A DNA stretch of 64,000 nucleotides from Chloroflexia bacterium (GTDB lineage Bacteria; Chloroflexota; Chloroflexia; Thermomicrobiales; CADCWN01), in NCBI GenBank assembly GCA_039810045.1, contig JBDHWF010000003.1, positions 1,834 to 65,833 of the forward strand, written 5' to 3'. Below are positions 1-9,240 of the stretch, piece after piece. Below the pieces are notes generated by a model that saw only the letters and a program-made list of their open reading frames with translations, was not told the origin of the DNA and searched no databases. The translations under genes were made by a program, and so were the position numbers. Position 1 is the stretch's first letter. Every line of letters starts with the position of its first letter.

Positions 1-1
1 A

Positions 2-766
2 ACCGCTGATAATATCGTTGACCTCCCTGGTGCCGGGCAGCCAGAGGAAGCCCTGGAGCAATGGCGAATCCGTTCACGCCGCAGCCCTAGTGAACAGGAT
101 GATCCTATCCTGCTAGCCTGGGCTGATACGCGCGCTCGTTTTGGAATTCCCCAAGGGTTAGCCGAAACCCTGATCGATGGGATCGCGATGGATCTCACCA
201 TCCAGCGCTATCCCACCTTTGCCGCACTTGAACGGTATTGTTACTGCGTGGCTTCGACAGTCGGCCTGATGAGTATGCAAATCATTGGTAGCGCGTGCGC
301 TGATCCACAGCAACTGGAACAGGCCGCACCTTATGCGATCAAGCTGGGGCTGGCGATGCAACTCACGAATATCTTGCGTGATATTGGTGAAGACGCCCGC
401 GCTGGCCGAATCTATCTCCCACAAGCGGAACTGGCAGAAGCAGGGTACAGTGAGGAGGAACTACTCGCCAAGGTGATTAATCCTGCCTGGCGGCGGCTAC
501 TCGACCGCCAGATTGCTCGCGCCAATGCCCTCTATGATGAGAGCCTGCCAGGGATCATGCTCCTCCGTTCGGAGAGTCAATTTAGCGTTGCTACTGCCGC
601 CACAACGTATCGCGGAATTCTGGGCAAGATCATCAACAACAACTATGATGTCTTCAATCACCGGGCGCGACTCTCAACCAGAGAAAAGCTCTGGCTCCTT
701 CCAGGGATCTGGCATAAATTACAGCGGCAACGCACCTACCTCGCAAGGAGTACCAATGCGTGGTGA
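2..766 (+). CDS. crtB: Phytoene synthase, 5' end cut by window edge
   Basis: Frame 2 is open from nt 2 (TADNIVDLPG...). 'YCYCVASTVGLM' and 'QLTNILRDIGEDARAGRIYLP' match squalene/phytoene-synthase family signatures. The TGA stop at 764-766 overlaps the next start (ATG 756). Confidence 0.85.
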   Translation, partial: TADNIVDLPGAGQPEEALEQWRIRSRRSPSEQDDPILLAWADTRARFGIPQGLAETLIDGIAMDLTIQRYPTFAALERYCYCVASTVGLMSMQIIGSACADPQQLEQAAPYAIKLGLAMQLTNILRDIGEDARAGRIYLPQAELAEAGYSEEELLAKVINPAWRRLLDRQIARANALYDESLPGIMLLRSESQFSVATAATTYRGILGKIINNNYDVFNHRARLSTREKLWLLPGIWHKLQRQRTYLARSTNAW

Positions 767-1094
767 GTACTTTCTTCTGCTCAGCGGCTCACTGCTCGCT
801 GTCCTGGTAGTAAATTGGCGTTATCGCTTGCGCGTCCTCCAACAATGGCCTCGGCTACTACTAACCCTCGTTCCAATCACCTGCCTGGTGTTGCTCTGGG
901 ATCTTGTGGGCGTCGAACGCTGGCACTGGCGCTCGAATCAGCGACTACTACTTGGACCGTACAGTTTCGGTGGCAGAATCCCCCTCGAAGAGATCCTCTT
1001 TCCCATCATAGTCGTCATCTGTACGCTCGTAGTCTGGGAACTGGTCAATCTCAGGCAGAGCCGCAGCAAGGCAACTGGTCGGAAAACACGATGA
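756..1094 (+). CDS. Lycopene-cyclase-domain small subunit 1 (CrtYc/CrtYe-like)
   Basis: 112-aa hydrophobic protein starting at an internal ATG of ORF-track entry 513..1094. 'IPLEEILFP' is the PxEE motif typical of lycopene cyclase domains. It overlaps crtB by 11 nt and has an ATGA overlap with the next gene. Confidence 0.7.
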   Translation: MRGEYFLLLSGSLLAVLVVNWRYRLRVLQQWPRLLLTLVPITCLVLLWDLVGVERWHWRSNQRLLLGPYSFGGRIPLEEILFPIIVVICTLVVWELVNLRQSRSKATGRKTR

Positions 1095-1435
1095 TGCGCT
1101 GGGAATACCTGATTGCTGGTATCGTCAGTTGCTTGCTAGCCCTGCTGCTGGATCGCGTGGTACAAACCTCACTCGTTCGACAACGGCGATTCTGGATCTT
1201 TCTTGGCCTGATTCTTTGCTGTCAACTGGTTTTTGATGGTTATCTGACTGCACGACCCGTTACCTTCTATGACCCATGTTGCCACCTGGGGCCACGCCTA
1301 CCAATCCTAGAAATGCCGATTGAGGAGCTTCCCTTTGGGATCATGCTTGCCAGCTTCACCATTATCCTTTGGGAGTGGAGTGGCCGTCTGATCAGCCGGA
1401 AACAGGAGCGGGACAATGGCATTAACCCTACGTGA
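1091..1435 (+). CDS. Lycopene-cyclase-domain small subunit 2 (CrtYd/CrtYf-like)
   Basis: 114-aa hydrophobic protein starting at an internal ATG (MMRWEYLIAG...) of ORF 815..1435. It carries a second PxEE motif, 'MPIEELPFG'. Paired small subunits are the hallmark of heterodimeric carotenoid cyclases. Confidence 0.7.
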   Translation: MMRWEYLIAGIVSCLLALLLDRVVQTSLVRQRRFWIFLGLILCCQLVFDGYLTARPVTFYDPCCHLGPRLPILEMPIEELPFGIMLASFTIILWEWSGRLISRKQERDNGINPT

Positions 1436-2309
1436 GATTGTTCAGGTTTCACGACCAATCTCCTGGTTCAATACTGCTTTTCCTTTTGCTGGTGGGGCCT
1501 TCTACACTGGAGTGCCCTTGTCTACACCGCGTAATCTGCTCGGCATCGCCTACTTTACCCTCCCGTACAACCTCGCGCTCTACGGGATCAACGATATCTG
1601 TGACTACCCGTCGGATCGCCTAAACCCACGCAAGAATTCCATTGAAGGAGGCTTACTACCGCCTGACACCCATCAGCGCATGATCAGCCTGATTACTGGT
1701 CTCAATCTGCCTTTCCTCGCCCTACTCATTGCGCAGGGGAATCGCCGAGCCAACACCGTCTTAGGGGTTCTCCTCTTTACGACGTTCGCCTACAGCGCAC
1801 CACCACTGCGCTATAAAGAGATCCCCTTCCTTGATGCGTTTACCTCAGCAACCCATTTCGTCACGCCCTACCTCTATGGCTTAGTCTTCAATCAGACCAA
1901 GCGTTATCCCAAGAGAGAATTGCTTGGCTACACTGCCTGGTGTATGGCCTCGCAAGCATTTGGCGCAATACAGGATATTCCGTTTGACCAAAGCGTTGGC
2001 TCCCAATCAATCGCCACTGTCCTTGGGCCACGCAAGACGGCGCAATTCTCCACGGTTCTTTACTTGCTTACGAGCGTCCTAGCTCTACTTGGGCAGGGCA
2101 ATCGTGGAGCGCGACGACTGGCGGCCCTGGCGATTCTGCCTTACGCGCTCAATACGGCCCTGTATTTACGCGACCCCCAACCTGCCCTGGCTAATCGCTA
2201 CTGGCGACGCTTTATTTGGCTCAATCTGATCACCGGGGCTATCTATACCAATCTGTTGCTCTGGCAAAAACTTCAGACGAAACGATCAACAAAGAAGGAT
2301 AGAGCTTGA
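1416..2309 (+). CDS. UbiA-family prenyltransferase, lycopene-elongase-like (CrtEb/LyeJ-like)
   Basis: 297-aa polytopic protein. UbiA motif 1 is 'NDICDYPSD' (NDxxDxxxD) and motif 2 is 'QDIPFD' (DxxxD). It sits between the cyclase subunits and crtI, overlapping both neighbours. Confidence 0.7.
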   Translation: MALTLREIVQVSRPISWFNTAFPFAGGAFYTGVPLSTPRNLLGIAYFTLPYNLALYGINDICDYPSDRLNPRKNSIEGGLLPPDTHQRMISLITGLNLPFLALLIAQGNRRANTVLGVLLFTTFAYSAPPLRYKEIPFLDAFTSATHFVTPYLYGLVFNQTKRYPKRELLGYTAWCMASQAFGAIQDIPFDQSVGSQSIATVLGPRKTAQFSTVLYLLTSVLALLGQGNRGARRLAALAILPYALNTALYLRDPQPALANRYWRRFIWLNLITGAIYTNLLLWQKLQTKRSTKKDRA

Positions 2310-3814
2310 TGAGTATGGTCATTGTCATCGGTTCAGGCTTTGCAGGGCTGGCTACCGCAATTCGACTCCAGGCCGCAGGGCATCAGGTCACCATTATTGA
2401 ACAACGGGCAGCCGTTGGCGGGCGGGCGTATCAACTCCGCGATGCAGGCTATATCTTCGATATGGGCCCATCGTTAATCACTGCGCCTGACCTGATTGAT
2501 GATGTCTTTGCCGCAGCGGGGAAGCAGACCGCCGATTACCTCAGTCTGGTACCACTTGATCCATTCTATCGAATCTACTTTGAGGATGGCCGCTATTTTG
2601 ACTATACCGGCGATCAGCAACGAATGGAAGCCGAGATCCGGCGCTTCAACCCCGAAGATGTTCTTGGATACCGCCGCTTCATGGCGGGGATCCAAACGAT
2701 CTATGAACGAGCCTTTGCTGACCTCGCGCATCAGCCATTCCTTAAACGCGCTGACTTTCTCAGTATCTTGCCAGAACTCGTCCGGCTCAAAGCAATTCGC
2801 TCAGTCTATGATTACGTTGCGGCATTCATCACCGATCCACAGCTACGGAAGGTATTTTCGTTCCACCCACTCTTTCTTGGCGGTAATCCGTTTCGCGCCT
2901 CCTCGATCTACGCGATCATCCCCTATCTGGAACGGATCGGCGGCGTCCACTTCGCCCGTGGGGGGATGTACTCAGTTGTGACTGGTTTTGCCAGGGTGTT
3001 TCAGGAGATCGGTGGGACGATCATTACCGATGCCCAAGTAGCGACCATCACCGTGAATGGTGGTCGTGCCACCGGGGTTCAGACCACTGACAATCGTTTC
3101 TTTCAGGCCGATATTGTCGTCTCCAACGCGGATGTCGCCACGACCTACCAACAAATGATCGATCCCATCTGGCGCAGACGTTGGACCGATCAGCGGCTTG
3201 GACGGCTACGCTATTCGATGAGTAGCTTCTTGCTCTATTTTGGACTCAATCGGCGTTATGACAAGCTACGACACCATACCATCATTATTGGCGATCGGTA
3301 TCGTGGGATGATTAACGATATTTTCGCTGGACGCCGCGCCGATGATTTTTCGATCTACCTCCATGCCCCTACCCTGACCGATCCCAGTATGGCCCCGCCC
3401 GGACACGAGAGTATCTATCTGCTGGTGCCAGTCCCACATTTAGGGAACAGCGCCTTTGATTGGGCCACCGAAAGTGACCAATTCCGCGATCGCATTGTCA
3501 ATTATCTCGAGCATGACTTTGGGCTGGCTGGCTTTGCTGAGGCGATCACGGTTGAGCATCGCTTCACGCCACTTGATTTTGCCCAACAGCTTGGCGCACA
3601 CCTTGGTACTGGCTGGCAAATCGAACCAACGCTCTTTCAATCGGCGTATTTCCGCCCGCACAATCGTTCAGAAGACTTGCGCGGCCTCTACATCACTGGG
3701 GCCGGAACACACCCAGGGGCTGGGCTACCGGGTGTACTCCTTTCCGCAGAAATTACGGCAAACCTGGTAATTCGCGATGCACCAAAACTCGCCCGCATCG
3801 CTACAGCGGATTAG
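2306..3814 (+). CDS. crtI: Phytoene desaturase (FAD-dependent, CrtI family)
   Basis: N-terminal dinucleotide fold 'VIVIGSGFAGLATAIRL' and C-terminal 'GAGTHPGAGLPGV' typical of CrtI. The start could be TTG 2306 or ATG 2309; AAGAAGGA lies upstream. Confidence 0.9.
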   Translation: MMSMVIVIGSGFAGLATAIRLQAAGHQVTIIEQRAAVGGRAYQLRDAGYIFDMGPSLITAPDLIDDVFAAAGKQTADYLSLVPLDPFYRIYFEDGRYFDYTGDQQRMEAEIRRFNPEDVLGYRRFMAGIQTIYERAFADLAHQPFLKRADFLSILPELVRLKAIRSVYDYVAAFITDPQLRKVFSFHPLFLGGNPFRASSIYAIIPYLERIGGVHFARGGMYSVVTGFARVFQEIGGTIITDAQVATITVNGGRATGVQTTDNRFFQADIVVSNADVATTYQQMIDPIWRRRWTDQRLGRLRYSMSSFLLYFGLNRRYDKLRHHTIIIGDRYRGMINDIFAGRRADDFSIYLHAPTLTDPSMAPPGHESIYLLVPVPHLGNSAFDWATESDQFRDRIVNYLEHDFGLAGFAEAITVEHRFTPLDFAQQLGAHLGTGWQIEPTLFQSAYFRPHNRSEDLRGLYITGAGTHPGAGLPGVLLSAEITANLVIRDAPKLARIATAD

Positions 3815-3960
3815 CAATACGTTCAGAAAAATCTGGAGAGCCACCAGCGATCAGGTCGTAGACGAAAGCCTGGTTTCTATGCGATAGTTATGGCACTTGC
3901 GCGCTGCCACTACGACAGCGCAACACTCGCCGAGAAGCAAAGCGCAACGAAGGGGGAACA

Positions 3961-4260
3961 ATGCCACTGAACTGGGTGCCACTGCAGCAGACGGTTGTGT
4001 ATTCCGTGGATGGTCACCTGATCGGCAGAGTGGCCGAAGGATGGCCCAGCGAATATGCCAGCAGTCGCGCGGTCGCCAGGGCGGTCGACGAAACGGGGAT
4101 GGGATATTTTCGGATGACTGGCTTCAAGGGTGGCGATCTCTATGTACCGTTCAATGCCATGAGTGATTACACTGACGAGCGGATCAAACTCCGATTCACC
4201 AAAAATCAGATCGCGAAAAAGGGCTGGGGGGAGCGCCCAGCCGAGTTGCCCCCCAGCTAA
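3961..4260 (+). CDS. Small PRC-barrel/DUF2171-like protein
   Basis: 99-aa ORF with the SD-like AAGGGGGA just upstream of the ATG. The pattern 'VYSVDGHLIGRV...YFRM...LYVPFNAM...ERIKL' resembles DUF2171 proteins. The longer antisense ORF 3910..4371 has no motifs. Confidence 0.55.
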   Translation: MPLNWVPLQQTVVYSVDGHLIGRVAEGWPSEYASSRAVARAVDETGMGYFRMTGFKGGDLYVPFNAMSDYTDERIKLRFTKNQIAKKGWGERPAELPPS

Positions 4261-4264
4261 TATT

Positions 4265-5308
4265 TCACCAGCCCTGGTGCACCACTGCGCAGAGCCATTC
4301 GACCAGGGCCTCAATATCCCCCAGGTGGCCCGTTTCAAACGGGCTATGGGTGTACCGGGCAGGGAAGGCAACCAGGGCGGTCGGCAAATCGGCCTTCATC
4401 AACGCAGCGCCATCGCTACCAAACGAGCCAAAGACGGCGTGCTGAATGGGGATCTTCACCCCTGCCGCAATCTGTTCTAACGCTGCGGTCAGCGCATAAT
4501 CGTAATGCACCATCGCATCTTTATGGATCAAGATTGGGCCTGCCCCCAACTTGACTGGCATCGCGCGCGTCGATAGGCTGGGAATATCCCCAGCCATGCC
4601 AATCTCAACGGCAATCGCCGCATCGAACCCACCATCATAGGCAGCCAGGGCTGAGGCCCCAATCAGGCCAACTTCTTCCTGCACCGTGCAGGCCAGCGTC
4701 AGGTCACAGCGCCGCTCGGCGACTGGCACCCGCCGCAGCACCTCCGTAATGACCGCCAGCGGCACGCGATCATCAAGGGCTTTGCCCACGATATGCTGTC
4801 CGAACTGCGCTGTCTCGCTCTGCCAGATAATCCGCGTACCCGCAGTGACACCACGCTCGCTCAGTTCCTGCTGCGATAAGCCCGTATCGACCCAAAAGTC
4901 ATCCCAGGTCAGTTCTTCAGGGTTTTCCTCAAGATTCTGGCTGGCAAGATGCCCAGTAGCCGACGCGATCACGCCAGAAATTGGCCCAGAACGCGCCAGC
5001 ACCAGCACCCGCTGGCCCACAGTGTACCAGTTGCGAATGTCGGTAGTGCGTGTCCACGACTGCCCATTCGCCAGCCAGAGAAATCCGCCATCATCAACAC
5101 TACGCACGAGGTAGCAAAGTTCATCGGCGTGCGCCACCAGCAGCAACCGTTTGCCATTGCCGCCAGCATGGGCGATCAGGTTGCCGATTTTGGTACGTTC
5201 GACTGTTGCGCCTGCGGCAGACCAGAGGGCAGCCATCCGATCAATGACAGCCCCTTCCTGGCCGACTGGCCCCGATAACGCGCAGAGTTCTTTGATGAGT
5301 TCAAACAT
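4265..5308 (-). CDS. M42 family metallopeptidase (FrvX/endoglucanase-like aminopeptidase)
   Basis: The start is moved to the internal ATG at 5308 (MFELIKELCALSGPVGQE...), the typical M42 N-terminus. It carries the conserved 'VAHADE' and 'VQEEVGLIGA' metal-site motifs. The upstream part of ORF 4265..5617 overlaps the GNAT gene. Confidence 0.85.
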   Translation of the reverse strand: MFELIKELCALSGPVGQEGAVIDRMAALWSAAGATVERTKIGNLIAHAGGNGKRLLLVAHADELCYLVRSVDDGGFLWLANGQSWTRTTDIRNWYTVGQRVLVLARSGPISGVIASATGHLASQNLEENPEELTWDDFWVDTGLSQQELSERGVTAGTRIIWQSETAQFGQHIVGKALDDRVPLAVITEVLRRVPVAERRCDLTLACTVQEEVGLIGASALAAYDGGFDAAIAVEIGMAGDIPSLSTRAMPVKLGAGPILIHKDAMVHYDYALTAALEQIAAGVKIPIQHAVFGSFGSDGAALMKADLPTALVAFPARYTHSPFETGHLGDIEALVEWLCAVVHQGW

Positions 5309-5894
5309 TGCCCGTTCCTGCTGTTGGCGAAAGTCCAGCGGTGTCAAAAACCAATTGTTGCTGCTCCTCCGTCTTATACGCCACAAAGCCACGCGCCTGA
5401 TAGTTTGGGATTGCGTGCGGCCCATCCAGCGAGCAAGTGTGCAGCCAAACCCGCGTTGCCCCATCATCGAACGCCCGAGTGACCGCCTGCGCCAGCAGGT
5501 ATTTCCCCAGTCCGCGCCCGTGGTACGCGGGAAAAATCCCAAAGTAGGCGAGTTCTGTGCCCGTTTCCCCTGGTTCATCAGCAACCTGATCCAGCTCGAA
5601 ATAGCCAGCAGGAACACCGCGTAGATAAAGGACCACCAGCGTTACCTCAGGGCGGGCTAAATGTGCCGCCAGCCGTTCGTCAGACCATTGCAGCCGATCT
5701 GTCCACGTAAATTCTCGCCCAACAGCATCGTACAAGTAACGATAAAACTCGACCGTTGGCTCGTGCGCCTCCAGCAACAACAGATCGCGATCATCAAATG
5801 CCACGGGGCGCAACTGCTCCCGCGAGGTCAATTCCAGGTAGGTGACCGTTATCGGAACATAGTGCCCACGCGGCAGCGAAACTGGTTTATCCAT
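5301..5894 (-). CDS. GNAT family N-acetyltransferase
   Basis: The acetyl-CoA motif A 'YHGRGLGKYLL' and the 'ARGF' C-terminal region are present. It overlaps the downstream M42 gene by 8 nt. Confidence 0.8.
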   Translation of the reverse strand: MDKPVSLPRGHYVPITVTYLELTSREQLRPVAFDDRDLLLLEAHEPTVEFYRYLYDAVGREFTWTDRLQWSDERLAAHLARPEVTLVVLYLRGVPAGYFELDQVADEPGETGTELAYFGIFPAYHGRGLGKYLLAQAVTRAFDDGATRVWLHTCSLDGPHAIPNYQARGFVAYKTEEQQQLVFDTAGLSPTAGTGNV

Positions 5895-5992
5895 CCCTAA
5901 CCTTTGTCATCACAGCACAATAGCTGGCAATATCTGTGGCGGCTGACAACAAGCTCAAGAGATCTTCGCCAACCGCCACAGATAACGTTGTC

Positions 5993-7090
5993 TTACTGTT
6001 GATCGAAGATAATCACCGAGCGCAGTGTTTCGCCCCGCTCCATCGCGGCAAACGCTTCCTCAGTCTCTTCCAGTTTGATCGTGCGTGTCACCACCTTATC
6101 CAGGTTCAACTGGCCCTGCTGATACCACGCCGCCAACAGCGGAAAGTCGCGGGTCGGCAAACAGTTGCCATACCAGGAGACGCCAAGATAACCACCAGTG
6201 TCGAAGAACCGTTGCAGATCAAGGTTCAGATTCTTCCCTGGCCCTGGCACCCCAATGAAGATACAGGTACCAGCGAGGTCACGACAGAAGATCGCCTGTT
6301 CCAGCGTCTCGGGTCGCCCTACCGCCTCAAACGAGAAATTGACCCCATTACCGCCGGTCAGTTCTTTGATTTTCGCCACAGGCTCGTGTTCGCGGGAGTT
6401 GACTGTGTGGGTTGCCCCAAACTCTTTCGCCCATTCGAGCTTGCGGGGATCAATATCAACCGCGATAATTGTGGTGGCCCCAGCGAGTTTGGCCCCCGCA
6501 ATGACACTATCACCAACACCACCACAGCCGAAGACCGCGACACTCGACCCAGGCGTCACTTTCCCCTGGTAGAGCGCGGCCCCAACACCAGTCATCACCC
6601 CACAGCCAATCAACGACATCTGCGCCGAAGGGAGATCGTGAGCGATCGGAATCGCCTGCTTTGCGTGAACAAGAGTATGCGTGCAGAACGTACCGATCCC
6701 CAGCACAGGATTGAGCAGAGTGCCATCTTTGTCGCGCATCCGCTTTTCCGCATTCAGGCTATTGGCACAGTAATTTGGTTGCCCAGCCTGACAGAATCGG
6801 CAGTTACCGCAGGGTGCTCGCCAAGCCAAAATCACATGATCGCCAACCTGCGGACTTTCAACCCCTGCCCCAACGGCTTCAACAATTCCCGCTCCTTCGT
6901 GGCCGAGCAGGAACGGAAAACCTTCCGTACCATAGACACCCATCTTCACACCGAGATCGGTATGGCAAACCCCTGACGCCAAAATGCGCACCAACACTTC
7001 ATTCGGGCCGGGATCATCAATCGTGAAATCCTCCACCAATGCTGGGGCACCGGGGGTGCGAGCAATCACGCCACGCGCTTTGGTCACCAT
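5993..7090 (-). CDS. Zn-dependent alcohol dehydrogenase (class III / S-(hydroxymethyl)thiol dehydrogenase-like)
   Basis: 'GVCHTDL', 'GHEGAGIVEAVG' and the structural-Zn Cys cluster 'CGNCRFCQAGQPNYC' are present. The start ATG at 7090 has AGGAGG 7 nt upstream. Confidence 0.85.
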   Translation of the reverse strand: MVTKARGVIARTPGAPALVEDFTIDDPGPNEVLVRILASGVCHTDLGVKMGVYGTEGFPFLLGHEGAGIVEAVGAGVESPQVGDHVILAWRAPCGNCRFCQAGQPNYCANSLNAEKRMRDKDGTLLNPVLGIGTFCTHTLVHAKQAIPIAHDLPSAQMSLIGCGVMTGVGAALYQGKVTPGSSVAVFGCGGVGDSVIAGAKLAGATTIIAVDIDPRKLEWAKEFGATHTVNSREHEPVAKIKELTGGNGVNFSFEAVGRPETLEQAIFCRDLAGTCIFIGVPGPGKNLNLDLQRFFDTGGYLGVSWYGNCLPTRDFPLLAAWYQQGQLNLDKVVTRTIKLEETEEAFAAMERGETLRSVIIFDQQ

Positions 7091-7267
7091 CTGTCTACCT
7101 CCTGCGAAAATACCAAACCTCAGTGCTGCATCACTGCTACCTGATCGGCTCACTGGTATCGTGAACGATCACAGAAGCTTCGTCAAACTTCAATGCCCAG
7201 GCGAACTCTGCTATAAGAAGGCTGACACGAAAATGAACCGCACGAACAATTAGGAAAGGAAGAAACG

Positions 7268-8389
7268 ATGGCAGCGCACTGGCAGGTTGACCAGGAGAAG
7301 GAAGCGATCTTCACCCTCACCGCAGAACTGGCCGCAATCGATGGGCCAGCGGGCTTTGAAGGCCCGGTCGTGCGGCGGTTACTCGAACTCTTTACACCCC
7401 TAGCCGATACCGTGACCGTTGATCGATTTGGCAACGTGATCGCCACCCGCCACGGGCGCGGCGGCCCCGGGAGCGGCCCAAGCCTGATGATCGCCGCCCA
7501 CTCTGACGAAATCGGGGGGATTGTACGCGCCTTTGAACCAGATGGGATGATTCGCTTTGAGCGTCTCGGTGGGGTAGTCGAAACAACGCTTATCGGACGG
7601 CGAGTGCGGATCAATGGCCTGCGCGGCGTCGTTGGTGTCCGCGCCGGTCATGTCCAAACTCCAGATGAACGCCTGAAATCACCCCCCCTGCGTGATCTCT
7701 ACATTGACCTTGGCTTCGATTCCGCTGCAGCAACGCAGGCGGCGGGGATCAAGGTGGGTGACCCGATTGCCTACGAAAGTGAAGTCGTGCGTCTTGCGAA
7801 CCCCGACCGCATTGCGGGAAAAGCGATTGATAATCGGATCGCCTGCGCGATCCTGGTACGGCTGTTTGAGCGATTGCGCGATGTTGAACTGGAGGGCACG
7901 GTATACGGCGTGGTAACGGTCCAAGAGGAAGTCGGCTTACGCGGTGCGCAGGTCGTCACCTACCGGCTGAATCCTGATTATGCCGTTGTCGTTGACACTC
8001 TCCCTGCGGCGGGCACCCCAGACGTGCATTACACCAAAGAACTGGCGATTAACCTGGGGGCGGGGCCAGTCATTCCGCTGCTCAGTGGTGGCGGGGCTGG
8101 GCGCGGCAACATCATGCATCCGGCACTGAAGCGTTTGCTACTGGAAACGGCTGAACAGGTTGGCGTGCCAGTGCAGCCCGCAATCTTTACTCAGGGGAAT
8201 TCCGATGTGGCCGCAGTCCATCTCGTGCGCGAGGGCATCCCCGCTGGCGTAGTCAACATCCCCCGTCGCTACTCGCATACCCCGGTCGAAACTGCTGATC
8301 TCAATGACGCCGCAAACGCCCTGCGCCTGCTTGAAGCAATTGCCCAGAATCATGGAGCAGCTGTCAATCTGGACTTTTTACAGGAGTAA
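7268..8389 (+). CDS. M42 family metallopeptidase (second copy)
   Basis: 'IAAHSDEIG' and 'VQEEVGLRGA' are present, and the full-length architecture matches the 4265..5308 product. Confidence 0.85.
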   Translation: MAAHWQVDQEKEAIFTLTAELAAIDGPAGFEGPVVRRLLELFTPLADTVTVDRFGNVIATRHGRGGPGSGPSLMIAAHSDEIGGIVRAFEPDGMIRFERLGGVVETTLIGRRVRINGLRGVVGVRAGHVQTPDERLKSPPLRDLYIDLGFDSAAATQAAGIKVGDPIAYESEVVRLANPDRIAGKAIDNRIACAILVRLFERLRDVELEGTVYGVVTVQEEVGLRGAQVVTYRLNPDYAVVVDTLPAAGTPDVHYTKELAINLGAGPVIPLLSGGGAGRGNIMHPALKRLLLETAEQVGVPVQPAIFTQGNSDVAAVHLVREGIPAGVVNIPRRYSHTPVETADLNDAANALRLLEAIAQNHGAAVNLDFLQE

Positions 8390-8420
8390 TGATCATCGCC
8401 TATTTTGAATAATCACTCCC

Positions 8421-8460
8421 AGAACCAGTGCAAGATAATCTTGTGCTGGTTCTATTTAGT
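8421..8460 (+). terminator. Intrinsic terminator-like hairpin after the M42 gene
   Basis: A 14-bp stem (agaaccagtgcaag / cttgtgctggttct, with two G:U pairs) and a 5-nt loop, followed by atttagtt. Confidence 0.5.
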
Positions 8461-8609
8461 TAAATGTAACCTTTTTGGTATCAATATTGCGATAAAGAAA
8501 ATGACTTTGGGCACCCCAAAGGTGCAGTTCAAGGGCAGATTTAACAGAATTAAACGCCTGTGTCATCAGCGCTTCAAACTTTTGACACAATCTTTCTTCA
8601 CACTAAGGG

Positions 8610-8637
8610 TGAAACCTGGGTGATATTCTTGCGTATA
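8610..8637 (+). promoter_or_regulatory. ECF-type promoter (TGAAAC-N16-CGTATA) in front of the ECF sigma gene
   Basis: TGAAAC at 8610-8615, a 16-nt spacer, and CGTATA at 8632-8637, lying 19 nt upstream of the ATG at 8656 with AAGGAG between. This matches the AAC-N16-CGT architecture of autoregulated ECF sigma promoters. Confidence 0.5.
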
Positions 8638-8655
8638 TAGGAACAAGGAGCGGCG

Positions 8656-9240
8656 ATGGTCGCATACGGGAGCAACACAGCAGAATCAATCCTGATCGAA
8701 GCCGCGAAAACTGGCGACCAGGAAGCATTTCGCCAGATCGTTGAACGGTATCAAGGGGCTGTCTATAATCTGGCCTATCGTATGCTAGGCACACCTGAGG
8801 AAGCGGAAGACGCTGCACAGGAGATATTCGTGCGGATCTACCGTCAACTTGGTCGCTACGACATGGAGCGCAAGTTTTCAACCTGGACCCTCGCAGTCGC
8901 TACGAACTACTGTATTGACCAATTGCGGCGTCGGCGACTCCAACTTGTGCCTTTGGAAAATATCATTCCCTGGGCCAAAGCACGCGATAGTGGTCCAGAA
9001 GGCGAAGCCCTCAGTCGTGAATCGCGCGATGAGATGCAAAAAGTGCTGATTCGCTTGCCGGAGAAATATCGCGCTCCGCTGGTGTTACGGTATTGGGAAG
9101 ATCTCTCATGTGCCGAGATTGCAGACGTACTCGGTATTCCTGAGGGAACAGTAAAAACACAGATCCACCGAGCACGGAAGCAACTCGGGAAGATGCTGGA
9201 AGGGGCGGAGGAAAGGCAGGATGCGCTGTCGAGAGTGTGA
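8656..9240 (+). CDS. RNA polymerase sigma-70 factor, ECF subfamily
   Basis: Region 2 ('FRQIVERYQGAVYNLAYRML...EDAAQEIFVRIY') and region 4 ('LSCAEIADVLGIPEGTVKTQIHRARKQL') are present. Confidence 0.9.
   Translation: MVAYGSNTAESILIEAAKTGDQEAFRQIVERYQGAVYNLAYRMLGTPEEAEDAAQEIFVRIYRQLGRYDMERKFSTWTLAVATNYCIDQLRRRRLQLVPLENIIPWAKARDSGPEGEALSRESRDEMQKVLIRLPEKYRAPLVLRYWEDLSCAEIADVLGIPEGTVKTQIHRARKQLGKMLEGAEERQDALSRV

Noticed and set aside
5936-6976. 346-aa plus-strand ORF
   Set aside because: It is fully antisense to the Zn-ADH gene, which has clear motifs and an AGGAGG SD. The translation is Arg/Pro/His-rich with no recognisable motif, typical of a stop-free antisense frame in GC-rich DNA.
7154-7267. 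GAAC-N14-CGTC in the ADH/M42 divergent region, considered as a third ECF promoter
   Set aside because: The spacer is 2 nt too short compared with the two TGAAAC-N16-CGT sites, so it is likely chance.
8405-8623. 72-aa plus-strand ORF in the AT-rich region before the sigma gene
   Set aside because: It has no SD and a low-complexity, Lys/Phe-rich translation. It spans the upstream terminator hairpin and the ECF promoter, so I treat the region as regulatory.
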